From assembly GCA_963666215.2 (NCBI GenBank), contig CAXWPL010000005.1, positions 288,001 to 352,000 of the forward strand: a stretch of 64,000 nucleotides of DNA, written 5' to 3'. Position numbers and translations under genes: made by a program. Origin of the DNA: Acidobacteriota bacterium (GTDB taxonomy: Bacteria > Acidobacteriota > UBA890 > WLXD01). Below are positions 36,645 to 46,644 of the stretch, one piece after another. The notes under the pieces were generated by a model, which was not told where the DNA came from, did no database searches, and saw only the letters and a list, made by a program, of their open reading frames with translations. Position 1 is the first letter of the stretch, and each line of letters begins with the position of its first letter.

Positions 36645-37355
36645 TTATTCGACCGTCTTCTGATCGAACCCACACAAATCCGTCACACAACAACGCCAGC
36701 ACTTCGGCGACCTCGCCGTGCACACCTCGCGGCCGTGGCGAATCACGTTCATGTGGAATGGGTAGGAAATCTCGTCGGGTACGGCTTCCTGAAGCTCGTT
36801 GTTGGCGCGCGTCAGGTCCTTCGTGGCGTGGATGCCGATGCGCTGCAGCATTCTGAAGACGTGGGTGTCGACGGGGAACGCGGGCTTCTTCAGCGAAAAC
36901 AGCAGGATGCAATTGATGCTCTTGGCGCCGAGACCCTTGTAGCCAGAGAGAGCCTCTCGGGCGGCGGTGAGGTCGAGGTTGCGAAGGTGCTCGAGGTCGT
37001 AGGCACCGTGCTCGCGCTTGATCTGGAGTAGGAGATCCTTGATACGACGCGCTTTCACGCGCTGCAGACCACCGGGCTGGAGGGCCTCCTCGAGCGACCG
37101 AAGGCTGGCTTGGGCGACGCTCTCCCAGTCGGGATAGCTCTGCTTGAGCGCGGTCCAGGCGCGATCTCGGTTGGTGTCGGTGGTGTTCTGCGAAAGGATC
37201 GTCAGGACCAGCTCGTCGAGCGCGGGAAGCGCCCGCTGTGGGATCGGGACGCCGTACTCTCCGACCAGCCGCTCGTGCAAGATCTCGATAGCGGCGGCTT
37301 GCTCCTTCAAGGGAACCGAGCGTGTGGCTCGTCTAGCTGTCACATCAGCAACCAC
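36645..37355 (-). CDS. nth: Endonuclease III-family HhH-GPD DNA glycosylase
   Basis: ILSQNTTD, GLGAK and FPVDTHV motifs; FeS motif CTARSPKCWRCCVTDLC. Confidence 0.88.
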   Translation of the reverse strand: MVADVTARRATRSVPLKEQAAAIEILHERLVGEYGVPIPQRALPALDELVLTILSQNTTDTNRDRAWTALKQSYPDWESVAQASLRSLEEALQPGGLQRVKARRIKDLLLQIKREHGAYDLEHLRNLDLTAAREALSGYKGLGAKSINCILLFSLKKPAFPVDTHVFRMLQRIGIHATKDLTRANNELQEAVPDEISYPFHMNVIRHGREVCTARSPKCWRCCVTDLCGFDQKTVE

Positions 37356-37412
37356 GGTGGAGTGCGTTGCGCTCTGATGGCCGCGCTCGGCGGAGCGGCG
37401 AGGCGCTGAGGG

Positions 37413-38813
37413 TCACGCCGGGGAGCCGCCGATACGTTCCTTCAAGTAGTCAACCAGGCCGTCGAGTGGCACGCGCTCTTGGTTCATCGTGTCGCGGTCG
37501 CGGACCGTCGCCTTACCGTCCTCGAGGCTATCGAAATCGAAAGTCACACAGAAGGGCGTTCCGACCTCGTCTTCGCGACGGTAGCGCTTGCCAATGCTGC
37601 CGGCGGCGTCGAAGAGGGTATGGAAGTGAGCGCGCAAGTCGCTGGTGAGCTTCTGCGCCGGCTCCGAGAGCTTCTTGGCGAGCGGGAAGACGGCGACTTG
37701 GCGCGGCGCGATATGAGGCGCGAAACGGAGCACGGTGCGCTCCTCACCCTCTGTTTCCTCGATTGCGAACGCGTCGGCGAGCAAAGTGAGAACGGTGCGA
37801 TCGAGCCCGGCCGATGTCTCGATGACGTTGGGAACGAACTTCTGCTGCAGCTGAGGGTCGAAGTAGAACTGGTCCTTGCCTGAAGCCTCGGCGTGTTGTG
37901 TGAGGTCGTAGTTACCACGGTTGGCGATGCCTTCGAGCTCCTGCCATCCGAAGGGAAACTCGTACTCGACGTCGGTGCAGGCGCTCGCGTAGTGGGCCAG
38001 CTCATCGCTGTCGTGAGGCCGTAGTCGCAACTTGGAAGGCGTGACCCCCATGCGCTCGTACCACGCGAACCGCTCGGCGATCCAATACTCGAACCAACGG
38101 TTCTGCTCCTCGGCATGGATGAAGAACTCCATCTCCATCTGCTCGAACTCACGCGAGCGGAAGGTGAAGTTGCGCGGCGTCACCTCGTTGCGGAACGCCT
38201 TGCCCACCTGGGCGATCCCGAAGGGCACCTTTTGACGCGACGAGGTCTGCACGTTCTTGTAGTTGACGAAGATCGCCTGCGCGGTCTCCGGCCGCAGGTA
38301 GGCAACCGACTTCGAGTCGGCGACGGCGCCGACGTGGGTCTCGAACATCAGCCCGAACTGCCGCGGCTCGGTGAGCTCGCCCTCACAAACCAGGCAGCGG
38401 CTCGGAATCTCACCCTCGGGAACTGTCTCGCCGTCGCCGTCGTAGCCGGGAAAAATCTTGCCGAGGTCGCCGGCTTCCGCGGCATCGCGAATGAGGTGAT
38501 CGAGCCGGAAACGATGGTTGCATTCCTTGCAGTCGACCATCAAGTCGTAGAACGACGACACGTGACCCGAGGCCTCCCAAACGCGCGGGTGCATGATGAT
38601 CGCGGCGTCGAAACCGACCACGTTGTCGCGCTCGCGCACCATCGAGCTCCACCACGAGTCCAGCACCCGACGTCGTAGCTCAACGCCGAGCGGCCCATAG
38701 TCCCAGAAGCCGTTGAGGCCGCCGTAGATCTCGCTGCTTTGGAAGATGAAGCCTCGCCGTTTGCACAACGAAACGAGGGCATCGAGGCTGGTCAGGTGTT
38801 CGCTCGAGCTCAT
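37413..38813 (-). CDS. glyQS: Glycine--tRNA ligase, alpha2 type
   Basis: CKRRGF...EIYGG, YLRPETAQ, FRNEVTPRNF.FRSREFEQME and IGKRYRR.DE motifs. Confidence 0.96.
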   Translation of the reverse strand: MSSSEHLTSLDALVSLCKRRGFIFQSSEIYGGLNGFWDYGPLGVELRRRVLDSWWSSMVRERDNVVGFDAAIIMHPRVWEASGHVSSFYDLMVDCKECNHRFRLDHLIRDAAEAGDLGKIFPGYDGDGETVPEGEIPSRCLVCEGELTEPRQFGLMFETHVGAVADSKSVAYLRPETAQAIFVNYKNVQTSSRQKVPFGIAQVGKAFRNEVTPRNFTFRSREFEQMEMEFFIHAEEQNRWFEYWIAERFAWYERMGVTPSKLRLRPHDSDELAHYASACTDVEYEFPFGWQELEGIANRGNYDLTQHAEASGKDQFYFDPQLQQKFVPNVIETSAGLDRTVLTLLADAFAIEETEGEERTVLRFAPHIAPRQVAVFPLAKKLSEPAQKLTSDLRAHFHTLFDAAGSIGKRYRREDEVGTPFCVTFDFDSLEDGKATVRDRDTMNQERVPLDGLVDYLKERIGGSPA

Positions 38814-38962
38814 CGGCTGATCTGATCCTAGGCGCGCGTCTTGGCGCTGTGATTGCTGGGAACTGTGGAGATGCTTGCGGGCGGCTCAAATCGAATCGTG
38901 TAAGACACAAGGCCGTAGAGAACGACAAGCGGACGGCCACAGGCCGCCCGCGGACCTCTATC

Positions 38963-40195
38963 CTACCCGACCTTGCTCAAACTGAACCGTTGCAGCTTGT
39001 CGAGCGCGCGAGCAACATCGAGGGCGTCCTCACGACCGCCGAGCAGCGCGTTTTGACGAATCCAAACAGCTTCGCTGGCACAGGCGCGCTCGGCAACCGG
39101 GCACTCACCGCGCCGATGCGCCGGTGCGCAGTCAGAATCTGCGAAGACGGCCTGATCACACGCCGGGACGTCGTAGCCGGCGGTTGCCGGTACTCCTTCC
39201 GCCACCAACGCCCGTACCAGATCGAACTTGGTCCAAGCGCCAAAAGCCCGCGGGGCGATTCGCAAGACGAACAGATGCCAGGCCGACTGATCGACGGCGC
39301 CTGGCAGCGCCTGCGCCTCCACACCATCGATCTCGCCGAGCGCCGCGCGCAACGCGGCCGCGTTGCGGCTGCGCCGCTTCAACTCCTCGGGATAACCATC
39401 GAGGCCGCAGCACAGCAGCGCACCCTGGAAGTCGGTCAGTCGCGAGTTCGTTCCGAGTCGTACGTGGCTGTAGCGATCGGCTGACGCTCCGCGACCGTTG
39501 TCGGCAATCGAGCGGCAGGCGGAAGCGAGCTCGGCGTCGTTGGTGAGAATGATGCCCCCCTCGCCACAGGCGAGGTTCTTGCTGGCCTGGAAGGAGAACA
39601 TGCCGACGTCCCCCTGTGCCCCGACGGCGCGCCCGTCGCAGCGTGCGCCCCAGCCCTGCGCGGCATCTTCGATCACTTTGAGGCCGTGACGTTTCGCCAG
39701 AGCGCTCAGTCGCGACATGTCGGATGGCAGGCCGGCAATGTGAACCGGCATGAGCGCCACCGTGCGCTCTGAGATCAGCTCCTCGGCAGCGGTCGCGCTG
39801 AGGCAATAGGTGTCGGGATCAACGTCGGCGAAAACCGGTACGCCTCCGGCGTACACAACCGCCGTAGCGCTGGCGACGAAAGTGTACGCCGGCACAATGA
39901 CCTCGTCGCCGGCACCGATCTCCAACGCCTCGAGCGCCACGCGCAGCCCGGCCTCGCCGTTTGCGACACAGATCCCGTGCTCGGCCTCCTGATAGGCGGC
40001 GAAGCGCTCCTCGAAGCTGCGCACGAAGCGTCCGTGCCGGCTGTCCCAGTTGCCCGATTCCAGCACCTCGAGCAGCGCCTCGGCCGCACCTGCGGGGGGC
40101 TGTGGCCAGCGCGGATAGTCGGCCGCCCGCAGCGGGGTGCCGCCCGCGATGGCCGGCAGGCTCAGCTCGCCCGGTTCGTGAGGACTCACCAGCAA
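38963..40195 (-). CDS. DegT/DnrJ/EryC1/StrS PLP-dependent aminotransferase
   Basis: GDEVIVPAYTF.AS, IEDAAQ and FSFQASKNL..GEGG motifs. Confidence 0.92.
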   Translation of the reverse strand: MLVSPHEPGELSLPAIAGGTPLRAADYPRWPQPPAGAAEALLEVLESGNWDSRHGRFVRSFEERFAAYQEAEHGICVANGEAGLRVALEALEIGAGDEVIVPAYTFVASATAVVYAGGVPVFADVDPDTYCLSATAAEELISERTVALMPVHIAGLPSDMSRLSALAKRHGLKVIEDAAQGWGARCDGRAVGAQGDVGMFSFQASKNLACGEGGIILTNDAELASACRSIADNGRGASADRYSHVRLGTNSRLTDFQGALLCCGLDGYPEELKRRSRNAAALRAALGEIDGVEAQALPGAVDQSAWHLFVLRIAPRAFGAWTKFDLVRALVAEGVPATAGYDVPACDQAVFADSDCAPAHRRGECPVAERACASEAVWIRQNALLGGREDALDVARALDKLQRFSLSKVG

Positions 40196-40237
40196 CGGTC
40201 GTGCACGTCCGGCGCTAGCCCTCGCCGACCGCCACCG

Positions 40238-41794
40238 CTAGCCGAGAGCAGCAATGATCCGCGGGTCGAGCCCGGGCCACGACTCCAGGTACTCCACCCG
40301 GTCGCGACGAATACGCTCGACGATCTGTGCGTACTCCTCCTGGCGGCCCTGCGCCTCGTACAACCGCCGCGGCTGCAGCAGGTGGGCGTCTTCGTCGCCA
40401 ATCCCGGGCACCGAAATAGCAATCTCGTAGCCGAAGTCGGGATCGCGCTCCCACGTGACCGTCCCCTCGGCGATGGCCTTCACGACGGCGCTCGAGTGAC
40501 GGATCTTGACCTTGCTCGAACGCTCGTCTTCGTCTCCACCGCCAACGCGGCCGGTGTTCATCACGTAGACCTCGAAATCGGCGGCGTCCTGAAGCTCGCC
40601 GAATCGGTTCCCCTGCTGCGCGTGCAACAACGGGAAGAACGGGTTCGTGCCAGGGATGCGCAGGAACTTGCCAGCCTCGGCGGCGCCGCCGGCTGACGTG
40701 CCTTTGGTCTCGCCCAGCATGAAGTAGGCCGCAGCCTGGGCCCCCGAGAGGCGGCAAACGGCCGGAATGATGTTGTCGTTGCGGTTCAGGATGAGGATGA
40801 AGTCAACGCGGCCGACCTCGGTTGTGGGATGGCTCGGCACCGCCGACATCGGGAAGACCGCGCGACCATTTTGTGTGTAGCCGTCGTCGAAGAAGTCGAC
40901 CTTGCCTTCGGGCGTCTGAGCGACGTTCTCGAGGTACGACTCGGGTTGCGTCACGGCGCGGTAAATCACCGGCTCGTTGTCGACGTCGAGGCCGTAGGTC
41001 TTGGCAAAGCAGCCGTTCTCGGTGCCGTAGACGCGTCCATCGGGCATGACCGCCACAAAGTCGTCCTGCACCGGGAGAGAGTTGTTCTGCTGGGTGAAGG
41101 TAGTCGTGGTCTTGCCGGTGCCCGACAGACCAATGATGAGGCCGACGCGCTGCCGAACCTCCCCTCCGTCTCCGGCCACTGGAATCACTTTGCAGCCGGC
41201 GTGCAGCGCCAACCCGCCGCGGTCGTAGACCAGCTTGTTCCACATCCTCAATCCGGCCTTCTTGCTTTCGCCGAAGTAGTCGGAGTTGAAGATGCGCGTT
41301 GTGTAGTTGTCCAGATCCACGACAATCAGCCGCTCGTCGGGGTAGCCGTCAACCGCCAGGTTGGGCGTGTAGATGATCGACAGCTCGGGCTCACCGGAGT
41401 GAGGTCCGGCATCGAAGTACAGCAGCTGCTGCATCGCGGCGACGTTGGCGTTGCTGGCCTCGATCAGCAGGCGTGCCGACGTGCGAAATTCCGGGTCGGC
41501 ACCGATGTAGCCATCGATCACAACCATGTCGCGCCCGGCGATGTACTCGTTCTGGAGCGCCGTCACGCGCTCGTACTCGGCGCGGGAGATGCACTGCGTG
41601 GAGTGCTGGCCGCAATCGTCGGCAACGATGAACGTCGACTTGCTCGAGCGCGCCACCGCCACGGTCTGCACGTTGAGGTTGTTGTACTCGGTTTCCCGAG
41701 CGATCGACATGGCGGCCGCCAAATCGCGTAGTCGCGCCGCAGTCGGGTTGTCGAGAATGTTCTTCACGTCGAGCTCTGTTTCTGCGATAACCAT
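40238..41794 (-). CDS. pckA: Phosphoenolpyruvate carboxykinase (ATP)
   Basis: YFGESKK, GLSGTGKTT, QDD, ENGCFAKT, LENV, TQNGR and MNTG motifs. Confidence 0.9.
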   Translation of the reverse strand: MVIAETELDVKNILDNPTAARLRDLAAAMSIARETEYNNLNVQTVAVARSSKSTFIVADDCGQHSTQCISRAEYERVTALQNEYIAGRDMVVIDGYIGADPEFRTSARLLIEASNANVAAMQQLLYFDAGPHSGEPELSIIYTPNLAVDGYPDERLIVVDLDNYTTRIFNSDYFGESKKAGLRMWNKLVYDRGGLALHAGCKVIPVAGDGGEVRQRVGLIIGLSGTGKTTTTFTQQNNSLPVQDDFVAVMPDGRVYGTENGCFAKTYGLDVDNEPVIYRAVTQPESYLENVAQTPEGKVDFFDDGYTQNGRAVFPMSAVPSHPTTEVGRVDFILILNRNDNIIPAVCRLSGAQAAAYFMLGETKGTSAGGAAEAGKFLRIPGTNPFFPLLHAQQGNRFGELQDAADFEVYVMNTGRVGGGDEDERSSKVKIRHSSAVVKAIAEGTVTWERDPDFGYEIAISVPGIGDEDAHLLQPRRLYEAQGRQEEYAQIVERIRRDRVEYLESWPGLDPRIIAALG

Positions 41795-42082
41795 CGGGAA
41801 TCCCTCGAAGCCGCTGTCGATCGCACCATCTGGCGGAGCGGCTGTTTGAGTTCAGCTTGTTCGTAGATGTGCGGCCTGTGAGCGTTCACAGCCACGGCAA
41901 ATCGTCCTGCCGAAAGAAGCCCCGTCGCCGAGACCTCCGGCCGAATCGAGCAGTCGATGAGTTTGCTTTGGGCACAGGGCCCCGGAAGAAAAGAGAACGC
42001 CGAAGACATCAGCCGCCACCCCTTTTGCGGTCCCGGCTGCACCCAGGCTCAGCGTCTTCGCTGTTGATTCCACCCGCGCCGG

Positions 42083-42091
42083 AGTCTAGCA
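42083..42091 (-). promoter_or_regulatory. Putative extended -10 (TGCTAGACT) upstream of the long pckA leader
   Basis: TGnTAnnnT match about 290 nt upstream of the pckA ATG. Confidence 0.4.
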
Positions 42092-42114
42092 GAACAACCC
42101 TCGTTAGCCGAGCG

Positions 42115-43335
42115 CTAGAGAATGATCTGGAGGCCAGATTCGGCCAGGTACTGACGGAGCGTTTTGATGTCCTGTGAACGGCTCAGATCGGCTACCAACA
42201 GGACGTCGCCGGCGCGCACTATGGCGAGTCGCTCGACCCCGAGCAGCGCTACGGTTTCGCCCGGCGCGTGCACCATGTTGTCGCGCGCATCGAGAACCAC
42301 GACGACGCCAGCGCTCGGAGCTCCATTCTCGGCCTCTGCGAGCCCTGATTCGGAGGACGACGCCGTTCCCATCAGCGCCGATCGGGTAGCAACGTTGCCA
42401 TGCTCATCGCCGTCGAGAAGCTCGTGCAGCGCCTCCCACGAGCCGACGTCCGACCAGTCGAAGATCGCACGCACGCAGGCCACGTTGGCCGCCGCGGCGG
42501 CAGGCTCCATGACGCCATAATCGATCGACGTCGCGGGCATCCTCGAATAGGCCTCGGACATGGCGGAAGCTGCGGCCTCGGAGCCCGTCTCTGGCGTGGC
42601 CGCGGCGGCAAGCATGCTGGCCGCCGCCACGCGCGCCTCTGGTAGGTGCTCGTCGAGTGCCTCCAACAGCGTGTTCGCACGCCACACGAACATGCCGCTG
42701 TTCCACATGAAGTTGCCGGCCTCGACATAGGTCTTCGCGGTTTCCGTATTCGGTTTTTCGCGGAAGGCGCTCACCTGGTTGGCCGGCACCTCGACGCCGT
42801 CCTCGGGCAGCGGCATCGCGGCGCCCAGTTCCACGTAGCCGTAGCCGGTCTCGGCATAACGCGGCGGCACGCCGAAGGTCACCAAGTAGCCCCGTCGCGC
42901 CGCCGCCGTGGCGGCGATCACCGACTGGGTCAGACCGTCGACGTCACGAATCACGTGATCGGCGGGGAAAACCGCCATCACCGCTTCGGGGTCGCGCTCG
43001 GCGAGCACCGCAGCGGTCCACGCCAGGCAAGGAGCTGTGTTGCGCGCCTCGGGCTCCGCCAGCAAATTGTCGGGTGCAAGCTCCGGCAGCTGCTCACGCG
43101 TCAGCTTGGCGAGCGCCGCCGACGTCACCACCAGAACCCGGTCAGCGCTGCCGACCACGCGCACCGAGCGATCCCATGTCTGCTGCAGCAGCGACCGATC
43201 GCCGACGATCGACAGGAACTGCTTGGGACACTTGTCGCGCGACAGTGGCCAAAATCGGGTCCCGCTGCCGCCGGCCATGATCACGGCCCAGACGTGCTCA
43301 TCCAGCATGGTCGCGTTCGAGTTGCTCACATTCAT
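42115..43335 (-). CDS. manC: Mannose-1-phosphate guanylyltransferase
   Basis: IMAGGSGTRFWPLSR..PKQF, RNTAP, PADH, ETGYGY, FREKP, WNSGMF and WSDVGSW motifs. Confidence 0.93.
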   Translation of the reverse strand: MNVSNSNATMLDEHVWAVIMAGGSGTRFWPLSRDKCPKQFLSIVGDRSLLQQTWDRSVRVVGSADRVLVVTSAALAKLTREQLPELAPDNLLAEPEARNTAPCLAWTAAVLAERDPEAVMAVFPADHVIRDVDGLTQSVIAATAAARRGYLVTFGVPPRYAETGYGYVELGAAMPLPEDGVEVPANQVSAFREKPNTETAKTYVEAGNFMWNSGMFVWRANTLLEALDEHLPEARVAAASMLAAAATPETGSEAAASAMSEAYSRMPATSIDYGVMEPAAAAANVACVRAIFDWSDVGSWEALHELLDGDEHGNVATRSALMGTASSSESGLAEAENGAPSAGVVVVLDARDNMVHAPGETVALLGVERLAIVRAGDVLLVADLSRSQDIKTLRQYLAESGLQIIL

Positions 43336-43341
43336 CAGTCG

Positions 43342-44730
43342 CTAGCCCGCAGCTTCAAGCGTTTCCGCGGCAAGGCGCTCTTCGATCCGCCGCAAGCGTC
43401 CCTCCACCAGATCGCGAATCTCCTGCATGCGCTCGGGTGTCTGCGCCTCGAAGCGCATCACGATCTTCGGCCCCGTGTTGCTGGCCCGCGCCAACCCCCA
43501 ACCGTCGTCAAACTCCACCCTGACGCCGTCGATGTTGGAAACCGTGAACTCGGATGCGAGCTCCTGTTCGAGCCTGCGGCAGATTTCGAACTTCGTCGCT
43601 TCGGTCGAATCGTGGTGCAGCTCGGGGGTTGAATAGACCTCGGGAAGGTCGGCGAGCAGCGATGAAAATGGGCCTTCCTGCTTCGACAAGATCTCGAGCA
43701 GCTTGGCGCCTGCGTACACCGCGTCGTCGTGGCCGAAGAAGCGCTCGCCAAAGAACAGATGACCGCTCATCTCACCGGCGAGTAGCGCCTTCTCCTCGCG
43801 CATCTTCTGCTTGATGAACGAGTGGCCCGTCTTCCACATCAGCGGCGTGCCGCCGTGCTTGGCGATGTCGTCGCCGAGGAGCTTCGAGCACTTCACGTCG
43901 AAGATCACCGTCGCGCCCGGCTGTCTTTCGAGCAGGTCGCGGGCCAGCAGAATCGTCAACCGATCGCCCCAGACGATGTCGCCTCGCTCGTCGATGATGC
44001 CCACCCGATCGCCGTCTCCGTCGAAGCCCAGGCCCAGGTCGAGGCTCAGTTCGACGACCTTGGCACGCAGGTCGATGACGGCGTCTTCACGAGTTGGATC
44101 CGGATGGTGATTCGGGAACGTGCCGTCGACGTCGCAGTACATCTTCTCCACCTCGCAGCCGAGCTCGCGGTACAGACGCGGCGCAATCATGCCGGCCACC
44201 CCGTTGCCGGCGTCGACGGCGATACGCAGAGGTCGCTTGATCTCGATGCGCTCCTTGAGCATCGCCGAGTACGGCGTCACCAGATCCACCGACTCCACCG
44301 TGCCCGATCCCGACTCGAAGTCGTCGGCCTGGATGATCTGCAGCAGCTCTTGGATACCGTCGCCGAAGATCGTCTTCGTCCCGAGGCACAACTTGACCCC
44401 GTTGTACTCCGGCGGATTGTGGCTCGCGGTGATCTCGCCGCCGCCATGTACGTCGAGGTGGTGGAGCCCGAAGTACAGCAACGGCGTCGGTATCAGCCCA
44501 GCGTCGAGAACGTCGCAGCCGGCGTCGCAAGCGCCCTGGGCAAACGCCGCGGCGAACTCGGGGCTCGACAATCGCCCGTCGCGGCCGATCGCAATCCGGC
44601 TGCCGCCCTCGCGGCGCACACGCGTGGCGAACGCGCGGCCGATCTGGACGAAGACGTCCTCGGTTAGCTCATCGTCAACGAGGCCGCGAATGTCGTAGGC
44701 GCGGAAGACCCCGGTCGGAACGCGCGGCAT
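43342..44730 (-). CDS. Phosphomannomutase/phosphoglucomutase (AlgC-like)
   Basis: FRAYDIRG, TASHNP, FDGDGDR, GEMSGH and RASNT motifs; GGAG RBS. Confidence 0.95.
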   Translation of the reverse strand: MPRVPTGVFRAYDIRGLVDDELTEDVFVQIGRAFATRVRREGGSRIAIGRDGRLSSPEFAAAFAQGACDAGCDVLDAGLIPTPLLYFGLHHLDVHGGGEITASHNPPEYNGVKLCLGTKTIFGDGIQELLQIIQADDFESGSGTVESVDLVTPYSAMLKERIEIKRPLRIAVDAGNGVAGMIAPRLYRELGCEVEKMYCDVDGTFPNHHPDPTREDAVIDLRAKVVELSLDLGLGFDGDGDRVGIIDERGDIVWGDRLTILLARDLLERQPGATVIFDVKCSKLLGDDIAKHGGTPLMWKTGHSFIKQKMREEKALLAGEMSGHLFFGERFFGHDDAVYAGAKLLEILSKQEGPFSSLLADLPEVYSTPELHHDSTEATKFEICRRLEQELASEFTVSNIDGVRVEFDDGWGLARASNTGPKIVMRFEAQTPERMQEIRDLVEGRLRRIEERLAAETLEAAG

Positions 44731-44946
44731 CGTGCTCTCCTGGGATTTGCCCGCCTAGATCGGGTGCGCCGTAGGCACCGAATCGAGTGCGGCTTGCAGC
44801 AAAGATCGCCCACACGGGCAAAAGGGGTGTCGGCGCAGCCGTTAGCGCTTCAGTCTGCAGGTTGTGCGGCGACCGCCGGTCACGTAGCCCGGCAGGTCGG
44901 GTGTAATCATCGCTGCCATTTTCACACGGCCGCGGTCGCAGCGAAG

Positions 44947-46602
44947 TCACCTGGCCCAGGCTGGCACGCCGCCCGAGAGATCGATGTTGAAGAGTGCCGG
45001 CGCCAGGAAGTAGCACAGCAGCGTCAGCACGACGATACCGCAGAGATTGAGCACCAGCCCGTACCGCATCATGTCGCGCATGCGGACAACCCGCGAGCCG
45101 AAGATGACGGCGTTGGGCGGCGTTGCTACCGGCAGCATGAACGCGAACGACGAAGCGATCGTCACCGGCAGCATGAGCACCAACGGGTTGAGGTTGGCGG
45201 CGCGTGTCGAGATCCCGGCGACGATCGGCAGCATCACTTCGGCGGTCGCTGTGTTCGATGTCACCTCGGTGAGGAATGTGAGAATTGTCGCGGCGCCACC
45301 GATCAACCAGAGGGGGTGTGCTCCGGCCAGGAACCCGAAGCTCGAGCCGACCCAGCTCGACAAGCCGGACCTCGAAATAGCGTCGGCCAACGCGAACCCA
45401 CCACCGAAAAGCAGCAGGATCCCCCACGGCATTTTTTCCTGGACCAGCTCCCAGTCGAGCAGCCGAGGGCTCTGCCGGGGAGACCCGCGGCCCGCGGCTC
45501 GCGGCTGCGAGGGTGTTCTCGATCCTGAGGATTCAGACCTCGAACCGTCGGGCGGCTCGGCCTTGCCGGCCGGCAGCACGAACAGGAGCAGACCCATGGC
45601 CATCGCCACCACGCCGTCGTTGATGCCACGAGCGGCAGCCTCGGGCAGCATCTCGCTCCAGCCAGGAATCACGAACAGCTGCAAATCGATTGGCCGGCGG
45701 AAGATCCATAACATCGCCGTCGAAACGAACATGACGAGTACGCGGCGCTCTGCACCCGACATGTCGCCGAGCTTCGCCAATTCTGCGGCCAGCACCTCTT
45801 CGGCGTCGCCGTCTGTGGGTTTCATGGTGAAGGTCAGTACAAGCCACGCGACGGGCAGCATCAGCAACACAAGCGGCAAACCGAACGCCAGCCAGGTCGC
45901 GAACGCTATCGGCGGAGCGCTCGGGAACAGACTGCCGTAGATGCCCTGCATCGAGATATTCGGCGGCGTGCCGATAGGCGTGGCAACGCCTCCGATACTG
46001 GCCGAGTAGGCGATCCCGAGCATCAACGCCGTCGCGAATCGCAGTCGCGAGCCGAAGTGGTGCACCACGGCCATTCCGATCGGCAACATCATCAGCGCCG
46101 TAGCCGTGTTCGAGATCCACATCGAAAGGAACGCAGTCGACACCATGAAACCGAAGATCAAACGCTTCGGCTTGGCACCAATCAGGGCGATCGTTCGAAG
46201 CGCCAAGCGGCGGTGAAGGTTGCAGCTCTCCATCGCGATCGCCATCAGGAAACCACCAAGGAAGAGGTAGATCCGCCAGTTCCCATAGTTGGCGGTGACC
46301 TGCGCCATCGAGAACCGGTCGCCGGCCAGCAGCGGCAACAGCACCATCGGCGCCAGCGACGTGACGGGTATGGGAAGCGCCTCGGTCATCCACCAGATCG
46401 CCATCAGAACCGTCAGCGCGGCGACGACGGCGAGCGTCCCCGCCTCTAACCCGGCCCCGACCTCACCCGGTTCCGGAAGGACGCCAGACAGAACGTCGCT
46501 CGGCATCACCTGCGGCCGCCACAACAACAGGACGAGCAGACTGACCGTGAGCCCGGCGACGAGCCCGCGCAGATTGAAGTGATTGTGGCCTGGCTCGCTC
46601 AT
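44947..46602 (-). CDS. SLC13/DASS family sodium:dicarboxylate (or sulfate) symporter
   Basis: WWMTEALP, LSMWISNTATA, TPIGTPPN, TEVTSNTATA and FMLPVATPPNA motifs. Confidence 0.93.
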   Translation of the reverse strand: MSEPGHNHFNLRGLVAGLTVSLLVLLLWRPQVMPSDVLSGVLPEPGEVGAGLEAGTLAVVAALTVLMAIWWMTEALPIPVTSLAPMVLLPLLAGDRFSMAQVTANYGNWRIYLFLGGFLMAIAMESCNLHRRLALRTIALIGAKPKRLIFGFMVSTAFLSMWISNTATALMMLPIGMAVVHHFGSRLRFATALMLGIAYSASIGGVATPIGTPPNISMQGIYGSLFPSAPPIAFATWLAFGLPLVLLMLPVAWLVLTFTMKPTDGDAEEVLAAELAKLGDMSGAERRVLVMFVSTAMLWIFRRPIDLQLFVIPGWSEMLPEAAARGINDGVVAMAMGLLLFVLPAGKAEPPDGSRSESSGSRTPSQPRAAGRGSPRQSPRLLDWELVQEKMPWGILLLFGGGFALADAISRSGLSSWVGSSFGFLAGAHPLWLIGGAATILTFLTEVTSNTATAEVMLPIVAGISTRAANLNPLVLMLPVTIASSFAFMLPVATPPNAVIFGSRVVRMRDMMRYGLVLNLCGIVVLTLLCYFLAPALFNIDLSGGVPAWAR

Positions 46603-46644
46603 CCACCCTCAGTCAAAGGTCACCTGACGTGGTGCTCTTTCGAG

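Noticed and set aside
41890-41950. GGCAAA...GAAA...CCTCCGGCC resembling a c-di-GMP-I riboswitch
   Set aside because: Wrong strand relative to pckA, and lacks the GACGCAAAG junction and P2 pairing.
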